DNA of 64,000 nucleotides, taken from contig OZ244587.1 of NCBI GenBank assembly GCA_965218095.1, positions 4,544,001 to 4,608,000 on the forward strand, given 5' to 3'. Origin of the DNA: Candidatus Poribacteria bacterium. Lineage in GTDB: Bacteria > Poribacteria > WGA-4E > PCPOR2b. The position numbers were made by a program, and so were the translations under genes. Numbering within the stretch: the stretch's first letter is position 1; every line of letters starts with the position of its first letter. The notes below the pieces were generated by a model. The model was not told where the DNA came from. It worked only from the letters and a program-made list of their open reading frames with translations, and did no database searches. Below are positions 19,261-30,309 of the stretch, piece after piece.

Positions 19261-22200
19261 TTACCGCAAGATCGCCAACCGACCAATCTTCTCAATCTTG
19301 CCCTCATTTGTCTCAACGATGACCTTGTAGAAATAGACGCCGTTTGCCAGGCGCATCCCATTCTCATCACGGGCATCCCAAAAGGTTTCGTTATAACCCC
19401 GTCTCGCCGATGCATCTTCAATCGTCCGGATGAGCCTGCCGCTCACTGTGTAGAGCTTGATCATGACCCAATCTGGCGCTTGAACAAGGTTATAGGTAAA
19501 CACCGTATTAGTGCGTACCGGGTTTGGCACATTCAGCACGTCCCTGATGTCCACAGCCTCCTCAAGGCAGAAGCGAGAGATGGGCGTTTCAGCCGTGTTT
19601 TCACTCATATCCGTGGCGAGAATTTGAAGCTGGTATTCGTCATTGGGCAGATCGGGTTCAAAGGTAATCTGCGCCTCCATCGGTTGGGTCACGTCAAACA
19701 CAAACTCGTAGCTGTCTTCAGGTAATGGAAGCAGTGGATGGCTTGTTGGGCTAAAGGCAAACTGAACCCTGGCTGGATCGATGCCGCTTTCGTCGGCGGT
19801 CAAAATCTCAAATTGCGGCTGTTCGTGTATAATCTCTCCATCCGTCAGCACCTCGCCGTTGATGCGGATTTCAATGGTTGGCGGCTCAAGATCCGGTTGT
19901 TGCTCAACGAAAAAGCGGAATTCACGAAATCCGCCCTCGCCCCCAAGTGGGTTCCCGTTGAGGTCCTTGACCGAGATTCTGAAGCGATAACGACCAATGA
20001 ACAAGGTTGGTTTGTAGCGGATGGGAACGGCTGTCACCTGCCCTCTGCTGACGACCTTAAAGTCCTTAATGGTTTCAAATGTGCCTTCATCTTTGCTCAC
20101 CGCCAGGGTAAAGCTGTCCAAATCGACCCCATTTTCATCTTCCAGGAGCAAGGAGATTTTGGGACGAGGTGGAATGATGCTGCCATCTCCGTTCCGAGAA
20201 TCCTGATTAGAGGTCCCGACATGCGGCACTTTACCGTCCACCCAGAGTTGGAGTTTTGGCGAATCTTGATCTGTACTCTGCATCAGTGCAAAGGTTGAAA
20301 GGTCCTTTGTTTTCGTGGAGACAACCCCCACAGCCGCCGTACTGAATTTAATCTTGTCCCCAAATTCAAATGGTCGAGCTCCAGAGGTAACAAGCACCTC
20401 AATGCCGATTTCGTTAAGGACTAAAGGTTGGTTGACTCTCCCCACGACGGGAGTCTCATCTGTGTTGCGAATCAGTTCATTTGCCCCATTGCGGAGCTCG
20501 AACCGCTGGCTATCTTGGAAAAAGATGAGCCAATCACCGCTCTCAAACAGATCTTGCTCCCCGATGTTTAAGCGCACATGCGCAGAACCGTCGCCGCGAT
20601 TGACACCCCGCGACGCGGAGAGAAGCACATCCCCGTTTGGTCCCAGATTGGTTTCAAAGGCCAACACATCGCCAAATTCAAAAATCAGATTTCTACCAAA
20701 CTCGTCTGTTTCTCCAAGGTGGGGAATATCTAACTCAACTCCCAGTCTTTCGTCCCTGAAGGGCACATCTACCCGCCCGATTCTGTCTAATTTCTCGATC
20801 TCACTTTTGCCCTTTCTTTGAATGGAGACCTCATATCGGTCGGCATCAAGGAAGAGGAGGACCCATTTTCCCACTGGCGTGAGGTTGGGATCAACGCGAA
20901 CATCAGAGGTCGGCAACTTTTGAACGCTTGTATTTCCCCCTTGTGTTGGCGTCACAAATCTTTCCAAAGCCAAATTCCCGTCATGATCGCGCAGGCTTTC
21001 GGAGGGGAGCCGTTTCCATGCACTAATTGCTTCCTTCCATTGATAGATCGCAAGACTCTCCACTTCCCGTTGTAAGGCGTCATTGAATCCTTCTGCTCCG
21101 GGGCTCAGCCTCAAATTTTTTTGCAAATTATCTTTCAAGGCGTCGAAGTCAAATCGGAGCTTGAGCGCCGCCGGCTCGACTAGTTGCTCGATGTCGGCAT
21201 GCAATTCGATTTGGTACGCCCCACGAAACGAGTTTCCACTTTGCAATGCCGTAGCACGGGGAAGCGGGCCAAAACGCAAGTCGGGCTGAAATGAAACGGG
21301 TGGCTCGATTGCATTGACGGAGAGCGTTATCGTGCGCTCGGAGGAAGCCCCAATTGGAAACATGGTGTCAAACACGCGATCCAAGCTAAACGCCGTGAGT
21401 TCCTCATTGGCCTTTAAGGTGAATTCGTTGACGACGAGAGATACGAAGCTCTTATTATCGAAGGAACGTGGCTCATCGAGCCTACCGACAACTCCATCCT
21501 CGTGGTCGTCGTCGGGCGATTCTGGGTCCGCGAAGACATAGATCTGATGAAAACCGGTGGACAACGGTTCAGTCAAGATTAGCGTCGCCATCGCCTCCTG
21601 AAGGTTCGTCTTGCTTGGTTTCCACGCATCGGCTCTGACCAGAACACGCCCAAGCACCTTTGCTTCGGGATCGATCTGTCCATCTCCGTTTCGATCCAGA
21701 GCACCGTCCGAAAACCAGACCTCGATCTCTATATCGATTTCCCTCCCGCCGTCGTTGATGAGTTGGGCGGTGAGGGTGTGGGCTTTTTTCTTACTTGAGA
21801 AAGCGTAGTGGATGGTCGGTGTTAGCACGGCTGCTGAGGCGATGGCGATATTCGCCCCTTCGGGCACTCTGAGAGATTTTCTGTCGGTCTTGATGATATG
21901 GTTGGTGCGGTCTGTCACCACGACTTGATACCGCACTGTTGCTCCGCTTTTTGGCAGGGGAATTGGCATTTGTAGCTTGTACCAGTGCCCACCGTTCGCC
22001 GCAGGGACGGGTGGTGCTGGATCGGGTATCATGGACATTGTCCGCTCCTTGAATTCCACTGTGTCACTCCAGACTACTTCTACCGCTTTAATTCCAGCAG
22101 GACCTTCATTATCCACAACCAGCGCAAAAAGGTTTAGCGTATTCGTGCCTTGATGCTCCATATCTTCGCGGACTTCGAGGATGGCGGGTTGATACGTCCA

Positions 22201-25200
22201 AAACTTCGTTCCTCCAATCGCTGCCCGCTGATCATCGAAGGCAAACAGACGGACGATACCTCGTCCGGGGGTCACATCTTTCGGAATGGGAATGCGAATC
22301 GCCCCAAACTCGCCCTGCCAAACCTGAAGGTGTTCTTTTCGTCTCGGGTGATCGTTGGTCGGATTATCATCCAGATCGTTGGCAAAAAACACCAGCGCCG
22401 ACATCGCTCCCGTGCTGAAATCGGTTGCCTTATGAAACTCGATTTCTCCCGTAATCGGCGAAAATCGATGACGCCCAACGATGTTCGGTCGAATCACCAA
22501 TTCTTTGTTCGGATCGACCGCAATTTCCTCTAACTCAACTTGCATTCCTAAATCTGGCAAAGCGAGCCGCGTCGCTGGATCGCCGAAGAGGGTGTACTGC
22601 TCTGCGCCGGGAATCCACAGTTGCGGCGCTTTCATCATAAACTGTGTCTTCGCATCGGCGATAATTGCGCCGAGTGTCGGGGGCTTAACGGTGAAAATGG
22701 AGGTGAAGAGGTCCTTATCGAACTCCGCGTTGGCACTTCCAAAGGTCAAACGGGTTGCACTCAGTATGCCAATTGCACCACCCCTCTCCATCAGAAACTG
22801 TTCACTCAGGCTCCGCTGCTCAAACTGTAGCGGCTGATCAAATTGACCATTGAGGCAGGTCGTTGTGATAATAAACGGTAGGTGCCGGTTTCGCAAGCCC
22901 TCTGCATCCGCAATGCGGAAAATGCCCTCATCCGCCCACGTTTGCGTGCCGCCATGCCCCGAATATTCGAGGATGAGGACGCCATCATCGATTGTCGTAA
23001 GGATGGCTTGTTTCGTGCGCTCTGGACTCCCAATCCGCCGCAGGTACACTTTGCGGGTATCATAGCCGACAGGAATAAATTCTTCGATGAGTTGTTCGCG
23101 GCTGCGCTCAAAAATGTCGTCCGTTGGATTATCCACCTCGTTATCCGCAACCTGCATTAGCTGACCCTGCCATGGGCCGGTTTGTTGCTTTGCCTCATAA
23201 TCGATGATCTTTTTCACCATCGCATCCAACTCGTCCGGAAATTGTACCGGCAATCGCCCGATAAACATATCTGGCAGCGGGTCATCGCCGCTGACGGTGA
23301 CGAAACGATGGTCCATCGCGGTTTCCCCGCTCGCAGGCGCCCAGCCGTGAAACGTCGGAACATAGATTGGGTAGAGGTTATACCGCCTATCGAACTCTTG
23401 CTGATACAGCTTGACAGTCGCCCTCTTATAGTCATAGTGGGCGTCACCGACCAGCAGGACATACGTTGGCTTCGGGGCGCGCCAACTGGTGTAGGCGTAG
23501 CGTAAAAATTTCTGGATGGCGAGGGGATTGAAAATTCCATAATTGAACTGATCATACACCTCCTCAACGTCAACGACCATGAGTGACAAGCCTTGCGACC
23601 GCCGAAATGCAGCGAGCGGTTGGATGCTGTTAATAAAGTCTCTGTGAGAGATAATGATATAATCTGCCTGATTTGCAGGATTCCTGAGCATCGACGGTTT
23701 GATGGGGAGAATGTGTTGCACCTGACCATGTCGATCCCGTTCAACGACAAAATAGCTAAATTGTCCTATCACATTAGCCTCGAAGGTGATTTGGAATCTC
23801 CCCCCATTCCGTTCAATCCGCCCGTTAGTCAGCTTTGCGAATATGCTTCCGTCGCGGATCTGGTACACATCAACGTTGGGGCTATGAAGGTTTGTCACGC
23901 GGTACTGGACAGTCCCGGTCGATCTCGATTCGGTTTCCGAGTTAAATTCGAGTCTGCCTTCCAACGCTTCAAAGGTGTGCCAGTAGTCTATTTCAAACCA
24001 GTCCAGGTAAAAATCAGGTTTGCCTGGCGGTGTCCCGTTCTGATCTTCGGCGATAATCGTTAAAATATCAGTATCCTCGGGATGAATGAGTCGGTTTTGC
24101 TCGAATTCACGCTTAACCAACGGCGCGGCTTGTCTCCGCCACTCCGCAACACGTCCGAGTGGTGTCCCGTTGAACAGGATACGCGCCTGGTGTCTTGCAT
24201 TCCGCTCGCGTGACGCCCCTTGAAACTTCATGCGAATCTTAGCCTTCTGATTAATTTGTCCTCGTGGCACAGCACGCGGAAGCTGAATTGGGAAATCCTT
24301 CTTGCTGAATCGGCCATCAGCGCCCCCGGTTAGGCTTGTCCAAAAATAGTGATCTGCCAGTTCAAATTTCACGTCAAGCAGCCGGTCGTGCTTGCGATCT
24401 TGTTCAAAACGTTCAGTCTTCTTGAACGCAAAAGGAATCGGTGCATTCGGCGTTTTCGGTGCAGCGTTTTTGATGCGCACCCGTGAACCGCCGATGCCTC
24501 CCCAACTTAACCAATACACGTTATCGTCGGTAAACTTATCCCCGATCAGGGCTTGACCGAAAAACACAATCGAGTCGTCCCGATCGAACCTGCTGTCTGT
24601 ATCGCGGTCAAAGGCATAAGCCCCGACCCTCCGTCCACGATTCTCCATCTTGAGTGTCTCAAGGTCAATACGTGCCGGATTGGCGCCGGCTCGCCTGAGC
24701 TCGCTATAAGTGATTTTATAAACCCCTGTTCGGTCGATCAGGATTTTATATCGTTCTTCGGGTATGTGCTGCGCCGCGGGGGCGGCCGGTACATTTTGTG
24801 GATATCGCCGCCACGCCTTCGCCTGATTATAATTGAGCAGTTTTGCCTGAAACAGTTGCTCAAATGGATGCGATGTTACTATAAATGGAGGCGGGGCGGC
24901 GGAGGATGAAGACGGGGAATTGAGGTCGATTCGGATCAGCAGTTCGCGATAGATCTTGATTTGAGATCTGGCGGGGTTATACTGAATTGGCTGGATCTGG
25001 AGTCGCGCAACGCGCTGTTCGCGGATGAATCCGATCGGCACAACTCCGACAACATTGGCTGGCTGGAAATGATCGCGTCGATAAAAATCTGTGTCGATGG
25101 CAAACGTGGGTTGTTGATTGGCGAATGTCGGTCGCTGGGCGGGGATAATTCGTCCGGTTTGGCGGACTTCAATCCGGGAGTTAATGATGGTCGCATGGGG

Positions 25201-25737
25201 TGACGCGTCGATTGGAATCCCAATTAACTGCGCGAAAACAGGCTGGCTGGGGCGTCCAACCTCCATCGTGAGGGGCGCCCTCGTAAAAGTAATCTGCGTA
25301 AAGGCGTGTCCGTCGATTTCCTGTTGGCTGAACTGTAGCTTAGGCACCTCAAATTTGAGGATGAGGCTGTCGGTATTTACCTGAATGACTTGTAGGGGTG
25401 ATTTGGCTGCAATGGTGGATGACCATATTCCAGAAAGCCAGAAAACCGGAAGGACGTAAAACGTAAAACGTAAAACATAAAGCGTGAAACGTGCTGCGTA
25501 ACCCGTAGTGCGTAAATGAACCCATCGATAGCTCGGGGTATCCCCCGATAGATCAGGGCAGGTTGTGCTCGTTCGATTGTTTTGAATCCTTGATGCTTCA
25601 TCGGGATCTGATCGAACTTCGCTCCAACCTGAACACCCTGATAGCTTGGGATTTCCGTGCTTGTCCGATCTGATCGGACTTCGCTCCAACCTGAACGCCC
25701 GAAGGCTTTGTCTTTCTTTGCCTACTCGCTCACTCAT
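19261..25737 (-). CDS. Large C25 (gingipain/PorU-like) cysteine peptidase with propeptide and a C-terminal T9SS-CTD/FlgD-Ig-like domain
   Basis: C25 propeptide, ADYIII, YVLLVGDA, PDMFIGRLP, YSGHGG (His), TTCLNGQFD (Cys), YTLFGDP; C-terminal NVPNP..YTVSGRLIR..WDARDENG.RLANGVYFY; start uncertain. Confidence 0.88.
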   Translation of the reverse strand: MSERVGKERQSLRAFRLERSPIRSDKHGNPKLSGCSGWSEVRSDPDEASRIQNNRTSTTCPDLSGDTPSYRWVHLRTTGYAARFTLYVLRFTFYVLPVFWLSGIWSSTIAAKSPLQVIQVNTDSLILKFEVPKLQFSQQEIDGHAFTQITFTRAPLTMEVGRPSQPVFAQLIGIPIDASPHATIINSRIEVRQTGRIIPAQRPTFANQQPTFAIDTDFYRRDHFQPANVVGVVPIGFIREQRVARLQIQPIQYNPARSQIKIYRELLIRIDLNSPSSSSAAPPPFIVTSHPFEQLFQAKLLNYNQAKAWRRYPQNVPAAPAAQHIPEERYKILIDRTGVYKITYSELRRAGANPARIDLETLKMENRGRRVGAYAFDRDTDSRFDRDDSIVFFGQALIGDKFTDDNVYWLSWGGIGGSRVRIKNAAPKTPNAPIPFAFKKTERFEQDRKHDRLLDVKFELADHYFWTSLTGGADGRFSKKDFPIQLPRAVPRGQINQKAKIRMKFQGASRERNARHQARILFNGTPLGRVAEWRRQAAPLVKREFEQNRLIHPEDTDILTIIAEDQNGTPPGKPDFYLDWFEIDYWHTFEALEGRLEFNSETESRSTGTVQYRVTNLHSPNVDVYQIRDGSIFAKLTNGRIERNGGRFQITFEANVIGQFSYFVVERDRHGQVQHILPIKPSMLRNPANQADYIIISHRDFINSIQPLAAFRRSQGLSLMVVDVEEVYDQFNYGIFNPLAIQKFLRYAYTSWRAPKPTYVLLVGDAHYDYKRATVKLYQQEFDRRYNLYPIYVPTFHGWAPASGETAMDHRFVTVSGDDPLPDMFIGRLPVQFPDELDAMVKKIIDYEAKQQTGPWQGQLMQVADNEVDNPTDDIFERSREQLIEEFIPVGYDTRKVYLRRIGSPERTKQAILTTIDDGVLILEYSGHGGTQTWADEGIFRIADAEGLRNRHLPFIITTTCLNGQFDQPLQFEQRSLSEQFLMERGGAIGILSATRLTFGSANAEFDKDLFTSIFTVKPPTLGAIIADAKTQFMMKAPQLWIPGAEQYTLFGDPATRLALPDLGMQVELEEIAVDPNKELVIRPNIVGRHRFSPITGEIEFHKATDFSTGAMSALVFFANDLDDNPTNDHPRRKEHLQVWQGEFGAIRIPIPKDVTPGRGIVRLFAFDDQRAAIGGTKFWTYQPAILEVREDMEHQGTNTLNLFALVVDNEGPAGIKAVEVVWSDTVEFKERTMSMIPDPAPPVPAANGGHWYKLQMPIPLPKSGATVRYQVVVTDRTNHIIKTDRKSLRVPEGANIAIASAAVLTPTIHYAFSSKKKAHTLTAQLINDGGREIDIEIEVWFSDGALDRNGDGQIDPEAKVLGRVLVRADAWKPSKTNLQEAMATLILTEPLSTGFHQIYVFADPESPDDDHEDGVVGRLDEPRSFDNKSFVSLVVNEFTLKANEELTAFSLDRVFDTMFPIGASSERTITLSVNAIEPPVSFQPDLRFGPLPRATALQSGNSFRGAYQIELHADIEQLVEPAALKLRFDFDALKDNLQKNLRLSPGAEGFNDALQREVESLAIYQWKEAISAWKRLPSESLRDHDGNLALERFVTPTQGGNTSVQKLPTSDVRVDPNLTPVGKWVLLFLDADRYEVSIQRKGKSEIEKLDRIGRVDVPFRDERLGVELDIPHLGETDEFGRNLIFEFGDVLAFETNLGPNGDVLLSASRGVNRGDGSAHVRLNIGEQDLFESGDWLIFFQDSQRFELRNGANELIRNTDETPVVGRVNQPLVLNEIGIEVLVTSGARPFEFGDKIKFSTAAVGVVSTKTKDLSTFALMQSTDQDSPKLQLWVDGKVPHVGTSNQDSRNGDGSIIPPRPKISLLLEDENGVDLDSFTLAVSKDEGTFETIKDFKVVSRGQVTAVPIRYKPTLFIGRYRFRISVKDLNGNPLGGEGGFREFRFFVEQQPDLEPPTIEIRINGEVLTDGEIIHEQPQFEILTADESGIDPARVQFAFSPTSHPLLPLPEDSYEFVFDVTQPMEAQITFEPDLPNDEYQLQILATDMSENTAETPISRFCLEEAVDIRDVLNVPNPVRTNTVFTYNLVQAPDWVMIKLYTVSGRLIRTIEDASARRGYNETFWDARDENGMRLANGVYFYKVIVETNEGKIEKIGRLAILR
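25605..25700. repeat. 34-bp direct repeat pair (25605-25638, 25667-25700) in the 5' region of the C25 gene
   Basis: GATCTGATCGRACTTCGCTCCAACCTGAACRCCC, 2 mismatches. Confidence 0.7.
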
Positions 25738-25780
25738 CCCATCCATCCTCCTTCGACAACACTCAGGAGTTCGTAGCCAT

Positions 25781-27178
25781 TTACGCTACGGTCAACTCAT
25801 CAGCGATTTCTTCAGCAGGGTAGCTCAACGCCTCGCCAAGGGTTGGGTGCGGATAGGGAATATTCAGGACATCAAAGACGGTGTCATTGTGATAGAGGTG
25901 TGGTAGGGCAATCTGCATAATATCGGTCGCGTGCGGACCGAGGATATGTAGCCCGATGATTTTCCCGGAGGGTCGCTCGGCAACCATCTTGATAAAACCA
26001 TCTATTTCCCCGATTGCCACGGCTTTGCCAATATCCTCCATTGGCGTTTTTACGGTTATCACGTCCAGCCCCCTCGCTTTTGCCTCCGCTTTAGTGAGAC
26101 CAACCGTGCCGATTTCGGGGTGAGAGAAAATGATGTTGGAGACTAAGTTGTAATTCATTTTTACGCCACGTTTCCCCGCCGCGTGCAAGCCAGCGATTTT
26201 TCCTTCCATCGTGGCGGCATAAACTAGCGCCGCTTTGCCGGTTACGTCCCCGACCGCATAGATATGTGGAATACTGGTCTGCATGTAGTCATTAACCTCG
26301 ATGGTGCCTTTTTTACCCAGACGCACGCCGGTTTTTTCCAAGCCTAACCCATCTATCGCAGGGGCGCGGCCGGTGGCTACCATGAGCTCCTCCGCACTGA
26401 CAACCTTTTCTTCACCCCCTTGTGCGAAGTGTACTTCCTTACCGTTCTTCGTACGTTTAAACGATTTCAGGCTCGTCTCGGTCAGAATATTCATCCCATC
26501 ATGCCGAAGCAGTTCCTGTAATTCAAAGCCGATGTCCGGGTCGAGGCGTCTTAAAATGCGCGCGCTACGGACTAAGATGGTGACTTCGACCCCCATCTTA
26601 TGAAAGAGATACCCTAACTCCATGGCGATATAGCCGCTTCCTATCACAATCAAAGAAGCGGGAAGTTCTTCCAGGTAGAGCGCCTCGTCGCTGGTGATGT
26701 ATCCCATCTCTTTCAACCCTGGCAAAGGCGGAACGTCAACCGCAGATCCGGTTGCGATAACGATTTTCTCTCCAGAGTAGAGGTCATTTCCAACCTGAAT
26801 TGTATGCAGGTCAGTGAAACTCGCACTGCCTTCGACGATATCCACCGATGCCTTGAGAATTGCCTCTCTGCGGGCGGCGAAGAAATCTTCTTCCACGAGG
26901 GTTCGGACACGCTTCTGAACGGTGAGCCAATTTACCTGTAGATCGCCTGAAGTGATACCAAAATTTGGACTTTCTTCAAAGACGCGCTTCACACTCGCAG
27001 AGGCGAGAAGCGTTTTAGACGGCATGCATCCCTCGTTCGTACATAGACTGTATCCGACGCGACGCTTTTCTACCAGGAGAATCTTCTTAAATCCTTCGGC
27101 TTTGGCAGCCATTGCCGCCGAAAATCCGCCACTGCCGCTGCCAATACAAATGAGGTCGTAGTGATGTATATTTGTCAT
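25781..27178 (-). CDS. Class I pyridine nucleotide-disulfide oxidoreductase (dihydrolipoyl dehydrogenase-like)
   Basis: IGSGSGG, CTNEGCMPSK, IATGS, IGSGYIAME, YAVGDV, HPTLGEA. Confidence 0.88.
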   Translation of the reverse strand: MTNIHHYDLICIGSGSGGFSAAMAAKAEGFKKILLVEKRRVGYSLCTNEGCMPSKTLLASASVKRVFEESPNFGITSGDLQVNWLTVQKRVRTLVEEDFFAARREAILKASVDIVEGSASFTDLHTIQVGNDLYSGEKIVIATGSAVDVPPLPGLKEMGYITSDEALYLEELPASLIVIGSGYIAMELGYLFHKMGVEVTILVRSARILRRLDPDIGFELQELLRHDGMNILTETSLKSFKRTKNGKEVHFAQGGEEKVVSAEELMVATGRAPAIDGLGLEKTGVRLGKKGTIEVNDYMQTSIPHIYAVGDVTGKAALVYAATMEGKIAGLHAAGKRGVKMNYNLVSNIIFSHPEIGTVGLTKAEAKARGLDVITVKTPMEDIGKAVAIGEIDGFIKMVAERPSGKIIGLHILGPHATDIMQIALPHLYHNDTVFDVLNIPYPHPTLGEALSYPAEEIADELTVA

Positions 27179-27397
27179 ATCAATCTCCCTTCTGAGTACA
27201 CTTTCGTCAGCTATAAATTGAGGTTTCATCATGACTCGATGTCAAGTTTGGAAGGAAAGGAAAGAGGGAAGGAAAGAAGGGAACAGAAGGCATTTCGTTG
27301 ATTTTCGGGACCAACTCCCGCGGCATCGCCCATTGTAATGCCGATTCGGCGTGGGATTGTTTCGATTGCAGGTTGTGGGGTGTTCCAATTGTGGGAT

Positions 27398-27432
27398 AAA
27401 AATAAAATAGACCCCGATCTTTGATCGGGGTC
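27398..27432 (-). terminator. Intrinsic terminator after the lon-rqcP operon
   Basis: AGACCCCGATC-AAA-GATCGGGGTCT then ATTTTATTTT on the minus strand. Confidence 0.8.
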
Positions 27433-27451
27433 TGGTCATCTACTCATCACG

Positions 27452-27706
27452 TTATGATTTGTCGATTCGCCGGTAGAGGGTTGAGGCTTTCCCTTTTGGA
27501 ACGGCGCCAGATGGAACTTCCAGCACTTCATACACAGACATGCCCTCGTCTCCGAAGTCGATGGATAACGTGTCACCAACAGCGAGTTCTTTGCCCGCTT
27601 TTGCCGGATGACCGTTGACCATGACCCGTCCACGACTACAGATCGAGCTAGCAACGGTACGGCGTTTAATGATGCGGCTCACTTGCAGGAATTTGTCCAG
27701 GCGCAT
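27452..27706 (-). CDS. S4-domain RNA-binding protein (YabO/RqcP/Hsp15-like)
   Basis: [36 protein letters not shown]. Confidence 0.9.
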   Translation of the reverse strand: MRLDKFLQVSRIIKRRTVASSICSRGRVMVNGHPAKAGKELAVGDTLSIDFGDEGMSVYEVLEVPSGAVPKGKASTLYRRIDKS

Positions 27707-30113
27707 CGGGTGTCCTCAAAGGCAGATCCAATACCTCAGTGACGGCATCGCTCTCAGGCGAATCGGGCATCTTCAAAGCGAGATCTAACACTTCGGTCAT
27801 GTCGTTAACTTTGTAAAAATGCAGAGAATGGCGGATTTCTTCAGGAATATCGGGGAGGTCTTTGTCGTTCTCCTCAGGGATGATAATGTTTTTGATGCTA
27901 TTGCGGTGCGCTGCTAATATCTTCTCCTTCAACCCCCCAATGGGTAGGACACGCCCACGTAAGGTGATTTCGCCAGTCATCGCGATATCCTTGCGAACCT
28001 TCGTACCCGTCATTGCAGAAATCATTGCTGTTGCGAGTGTGATTCCGGCCGACGGTCCTTCTACAGGAACAGCCCCCTCGGCAACATGAATATGGATATC
28101 GCGTTTATTAAACTCAAAATCAGGAGGCACATTCAGGGATTCAGCTCGCGAGCGGATATAGGCGAGCGCCGTCTGAACGGATTCACGCATGATCTCCTGA
28201 AGTTGGCCCGTCATTGTTAACTTGCCCTCCCCTGCCATTGTGGCGGCTTCAATTGCAACGATATCTCCACCAGCTTGCGAAATGGTCAGGCCCGTTGCAA
28301 CACCGACCTGATCTTGTTTTTCGGCTTTTCCCTGTGTAAATTTTGGGGGCCCCAGATATTCTGTCAGATCATTGACATCAACCTGGATTTCCTTGTCCTC
28401 CTCCCCGCTTTTCACAATCTCCTTAGCGACTTTGCGACAGATGCCGGTGATCTCGCGTTCCAGGTTTCGGACGCCCGCCTCGCGGGTATACTTTTGAATG
28501 ATTTCAAAAATTGTCTCGTCCGAGAATTGGAGGGATGCTTCCTTGAGACCGTGTGCTTTAATCTGTTTGGAAATCAAGAACAGGCTGGCAATTTTATGCT
28601 TTTCATACTCCGTGTATCCGGGAAGCTCGATGATCTCCATGCGATCTTCCAGGGCCGGTGAAATTGGAGCCCGTGTGTTCGCGGTTGTAATAAACATAAC
28701 TTCCGAGAGATCAAATTGTACATCCAGATAGTGATCACGGAAGGTATCATTTTGCTCTGGATCGAGGACTTCAAGCAGCGCAGACGCCGGATCGCCACGA
28801 AAGTCCATACTCATTTTGTCAATTTCATCTAAGAGGAAAAGGGGATTCTTCGATTTCGCGTCCCTCAACCCTTGAATAATCCGACCGGGCAAGGATCCGA
28901 TGTAGGTGCGGCGATGTCCACGGATCTCCGCCTCATCCCGGATGCCTCCCAGGGACATACGAATGAAGTTTCGACCGGTTGCCCTGGCAATCGACTTGCC
29001 TAATGACGTTTTCCCGACCCCGGGCGGGCCCACGAAACAGAGAATTGGTCCCTTGAGTTTTTTGACCAATTGCAGCACGGCGAGATATTCGAGAATTCGA
29101 TCTTTCGGCTTTTCCAAGCCATAGTGATCATCGTCGAGTATCTTCTCCGCTTCGCTCAGGTCGATTTTACTTTCTGTCCGTTTATTCCAAGGCAAAGCGA
29201 TGAGCCAGTCAATATATGTTCTGATGACACCCGATTCGGCAGACATCGGTGGCATCTGTTGAAGCCGGTCCAGCTCTTTCAAGGCTTTTTCTTCGGCTTC
29301 CTCGGTCATACCTGCCGCCTTAATCTGTTCACGTAGTTCGTCAATGTCAGCTTGATCATCTCCACGACCGAGTTCCTTCTGGATTGCCTTCATCTTTTCG
29401 TGGAGGTAGAACTCCCGATGCGTCTTCTCAACTGACTTCTGGACTTGAGTATTGACTTTTTCCTCCAACTTGAACAGATCCAACTCTTCCTTAAGCAACT
29501 CAATGACAACCTGAAGCCGCTTAATCGGGTTAATCTCGTCCAACACGCGCTGCAACCCATCTGAATCTATGCTAGTAGTGAAGCTGGCAATTGAATCAGC
29601 GAGATAGCCGGGCTCAACCTCTTTTCGGACCGCCATCAGGGCTTCACGTGGCGTTTGCTGATTTGCTTTGATATACTCTTCAAAAGCTGCAATCGCTGTT
29701 TTCATCAGCGACGTCGCTTGTTTTGATTGATCAGATTCCTCATGGACGATTTTGACTTCTGCTTTCAGAAAATCATCCGCCTCAAAACAGCGCAGCACGA
29801 TTGCACGGCCATATCCTTCAATCGCAAGTCGAATGCTTCCATCGCGTGGATCATAAGAATCCGCAATGCTTGTGGCTGTGCCAACACGATAGAAGCTATC
29901 AGGGTCCGGGTTTTCTTCCTCTTTGTCTTTTTGATTGAGCAACAGCACATCCTGATTTGCGTGCATGGCGTATTTTGTTGCCTGGACTCCCATCTTGCGA
30001 GTAACAATTAACGGAGTACTTGTACGGGGAAAGAAAACTTTCCCGGGGGTAGGAATAACCGGAAGTACAAAAACTTCATCAGCTTGGTGGTTTCTATTCG
30101 AATCTGCACTCAT
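27666..30113 (-). CDS. lon: Lon protease (LonA)
   Basis: N-domain, [29 protein letters not shown] (Ser), GGLKEK (Lys). Confidence 0.97.
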   Translation of the reverse strand: MSADSNRNHQADEVFVLPVIPTPGKVFFPRTSTPLIVTRKMGVQATKYAMHANQDVLLLNQKDKEEENPDPDSFYRVGTATSIADSYDPRDGSIRLAIEGYGRAIVLRCFEADDFLKAEVKIVHEESDQSKQATSLMKTAIAAFEEYIKANQQTPREALMAVRKEVEPGYLADSIASFTTSIDSDGLQRVLDEINPIKRLQVVIELLKEELDLFKLEEKVNTQVQKSVEKTHREFYLHEKMKAIQKELGRGDDQADIDELREQIKAAGMTEEAEEKALKELDRLQQMPPMSAESGVIRTYIDWLIALPWNKRTESKIDLSEAEKILDDDHYGLEKPKDRILEYLAVLQLVKKLKGPILCFVGPPGVGKTSLGKSIARATGRNFIRMSLGGIRDEAEIRGHRRTYIGSLPGRIIQGLRDAKSKNPLFLLDEIDKMSMDFRGDPASALLEVLDPEQNDTFRDHYLDVQFDLSEVMFITTANTRAPISPALEDRMEIIELPGYTEYEKHKIASLFLISKQIKAHGLKEASLQFSDETIFEIIQKYTREAGVRNLEREITGICRKVAKEIVKSGEEDKEIQVDVNDLTEYLGPPKFTQGKAEKQDQVGVATGLTISQAGGDIVAIEAATMAGEGKLTMTGQLQEIMRESVQTALAYIRSRAESLNVPPDFEFNKRDIHIHVAEGAVPVEGPSAGITLATAMISAMTGTKVRKDIAMTGEITLRGRVLPIGGLKEKILAAHRNSIKNIIIPEENDKDLPDIPEEIRHSLHFYKVNDMTEVLDLALKMPDSPESDAVTEVLDLPLRTPDAPGQIPASEPHH

Positions 30114-30184
30114 AATCAACTCCTTAGAATAATGCAAACGAAATACGTACGAACTCATTGCGGGTAGTTTCTTGGCAGTCTAAT

Positions 30185-30247
30185 AGAGCGCAGCGAAGAA
30201 TCTCCTCGTTAAGGTGCAAGAGATCCTTCACTCCGTTCAGGATGACA
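30185..30247. repeat. REP-like intergenic element
   Basis: GAGCGCAGCGAAGAATCTC...GAGATCCTTCACTCCGTTCAGGATGACA paired palindromes. Confidence 0.6.
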
Positions 30248-30309
30248 GAAGAAGAGCGCGTTTTACTCGCTATAAGTTCTACTACATAATTTGCCCATTC
30301 GTCAATTTT

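Noticed and set aside
25781-27178. Mercuric reductase MerA
   Set aside because: No C-terminal Cys-Cys pair and no mer operon context; HPTLGE fits Lpd-like enzymes
28040-28085. Inactive Lon because of VEGPSAG instead of KDGPSAG
   Set aside because: The catalytic Ser and Lys and the AAA motifs are intact
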